Source: Eledone cirrhosa (taxonomy: Eukaryota). Taken from it: a stretch of 64,000 nucleotides of DNA. A model generated the notes under the pieces. The model was not told the DNA's origin and did no database searches. It saw only the letters and a program-made list of their open reading frames with translations. The stretch covers positions 317,006,001-317,070,000 of the forward strand of contig OZ024740.1 of the NCBI GenBank assembly GCA_964016885.1. The letters are read 5' to 3'. Of the stretch, positions 62,581 to 64,000 are shown piece by piece. A program made the position numbers and the translations under genes. The stretch's first letter is position 1. Each line of letters starts with the position of its first letter.

Positions 62581-64000
62581 GAACGAGGTTGTAGAAATGC
62601 TTGAACGCAAGGAGGTTGATGTTTGCTGTATCCAAGAGACCAGGTGGAGGGGTGGGTCTGCTAGATTCATTGTGGGTAAAAAACGCTGCTATAAGCTTTT
62701 CTGGGTGGGAAATGACAATAGGCTAGGTGGGGTAGGAATCATGTTAGCAGAAAAATGGGTAGATAAGATAATAGACGTAAATAGAGTGAACGACAGAATA
62801 ATTAAAATAAGACTTGTCCTAAATAGAACTACTGTGACAGTAATATCTGCATACGCACCCCAATCCGGACTGCCTGGCGTTATAAAAGACAGATTCTATG
62901 AGACATTGATGCTCACGACCTCCCAAATAACCAACAGTGACTACATAATTATTGCTGGCGACCTAAATGGTCACGTAGGACAACATTGTGATGGCTATGA
63001 CGGAATCCATGGAGGCTATGGGTTTGGTACTAGAAATGAGGAAGGCGCCAGAATCCTGGAATTCTGTCACGCAAATAACCTAACTGTCTGTAACACTAAC
63101 TTAAAAAAACGAGAAAATCACTTGATCACCTATAGATCAGGGGAACACGCCAGTCAGATAGATTATATCCTTACCAGAAGACGTGACAGAGTGTCTGTTG
63201 TAAACACTAAATCCCTCCCCCATAAAGAATGCACCTCCCAACATACTCATAGTCAGCGACCTCGTAGTCAGGACAAGACGTACTCGACAACAGAGGAGGA
63301 CTATCCTCAGGAGAAAAATATGGAAGCTAAAGGACCCACAGCCAGTAATAAATTTAAAAGCATATTACTTGATGCTTTTGACAGTAAGGAAGAGCAATTA
63401 GAGTTGTACAATATAGAGGAACAGTGGGAATTCCTGAAAGCTAACCTGCTGAAGGCGGCAGATGATGTCTGTGGCTGGAGCAGGCCTATAGGCAGGAGGA
63501 GAGTAACGTGGTGGTGGAACAGTAAGGTGGAGGAGTCAATTAAGGCCAAAAAGCAGGCTTGGAAAGTATGGCGGGATGGGGGAAGTAGAGAAGACTATCA
63601 AGTGGCCAGGAGGGAAGCTAGGAGACAAGTGTACTTCGCAAGAAGGGAAGCAGAGGTAAGAAAGTTCAAGCATGTTCTACAATGCGAGGACCAAAAACGT
63701 GAGGTGTTCAGGATTGCTAGGCAATGTGTCAAGGAAAACAATGATATTGTCGGGGAGAAGTGTGTCCTTAATGATGATGGTGTACTTGCCATCACTGACG
63801 CTGATAAGAAGGTAGCTTGGAAGTGTCACTACGAAAGGCTACTAAATGAGGAGAATAAATGGGAGAAAGACAGTCTCCTCCACATCGATCCAATAGAGGG
63901 ACCAGCAGTGCTAGTTGAAGGTAGTATAATAAGTAAGGCAATCAAAGATATGAAGACGGGTAAGGCAGCTGGGCCTTCGGAAATAGTTGCTGAAATGCTA
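62581..64000 (+). mobile_element. Second RTE copy, 5'-truncated within the APE domain, frameshifted, continuing past the window
   Basis: High similarity to 58067-59487; indels near 63245 and 63335. Confidence 0.93.

Overview
AT-rich eukaryotic (animal) DNA that is almost entirely repetitive. I find no convincing host protein-coding exon. The repeat repertoire looks cephalopod/Octopus-like (inference from repeat motifs). It comprises a near-full-length RTE-clade LINE (57.7-61.3 kb, one frameshift, a C4HC3 PHD-type finger inserted inside the RT region) plus many 3' fragments, CR1-like, L1/Tx1-like and other non-LTR fragments, tRNA-derived Meta-domain and CORE-type SINEs, mariner/pogo/piggyBac-like MITEs, and very large (TA/TATG)n, (GGT)n and (CA)n arrays. 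The most notable signal is a set of at least a dozen short, mostly non-homologous fold-back (inverted-repeat) elements embedded in (TA)n tracts. Several carry type I minimal hammerhead ribozyme motifs followed by AATAAA, and many have a one-sided 3' extension with a shared YYGAGTRCT motif and a terminal hairpin. This is the architecture expected of Penelope-like element (PLE) inverted pseudo-LTRs or non-autonomous ribozyme-bearing retroelements. Coordinates were read by eye and may be off by a few bases.
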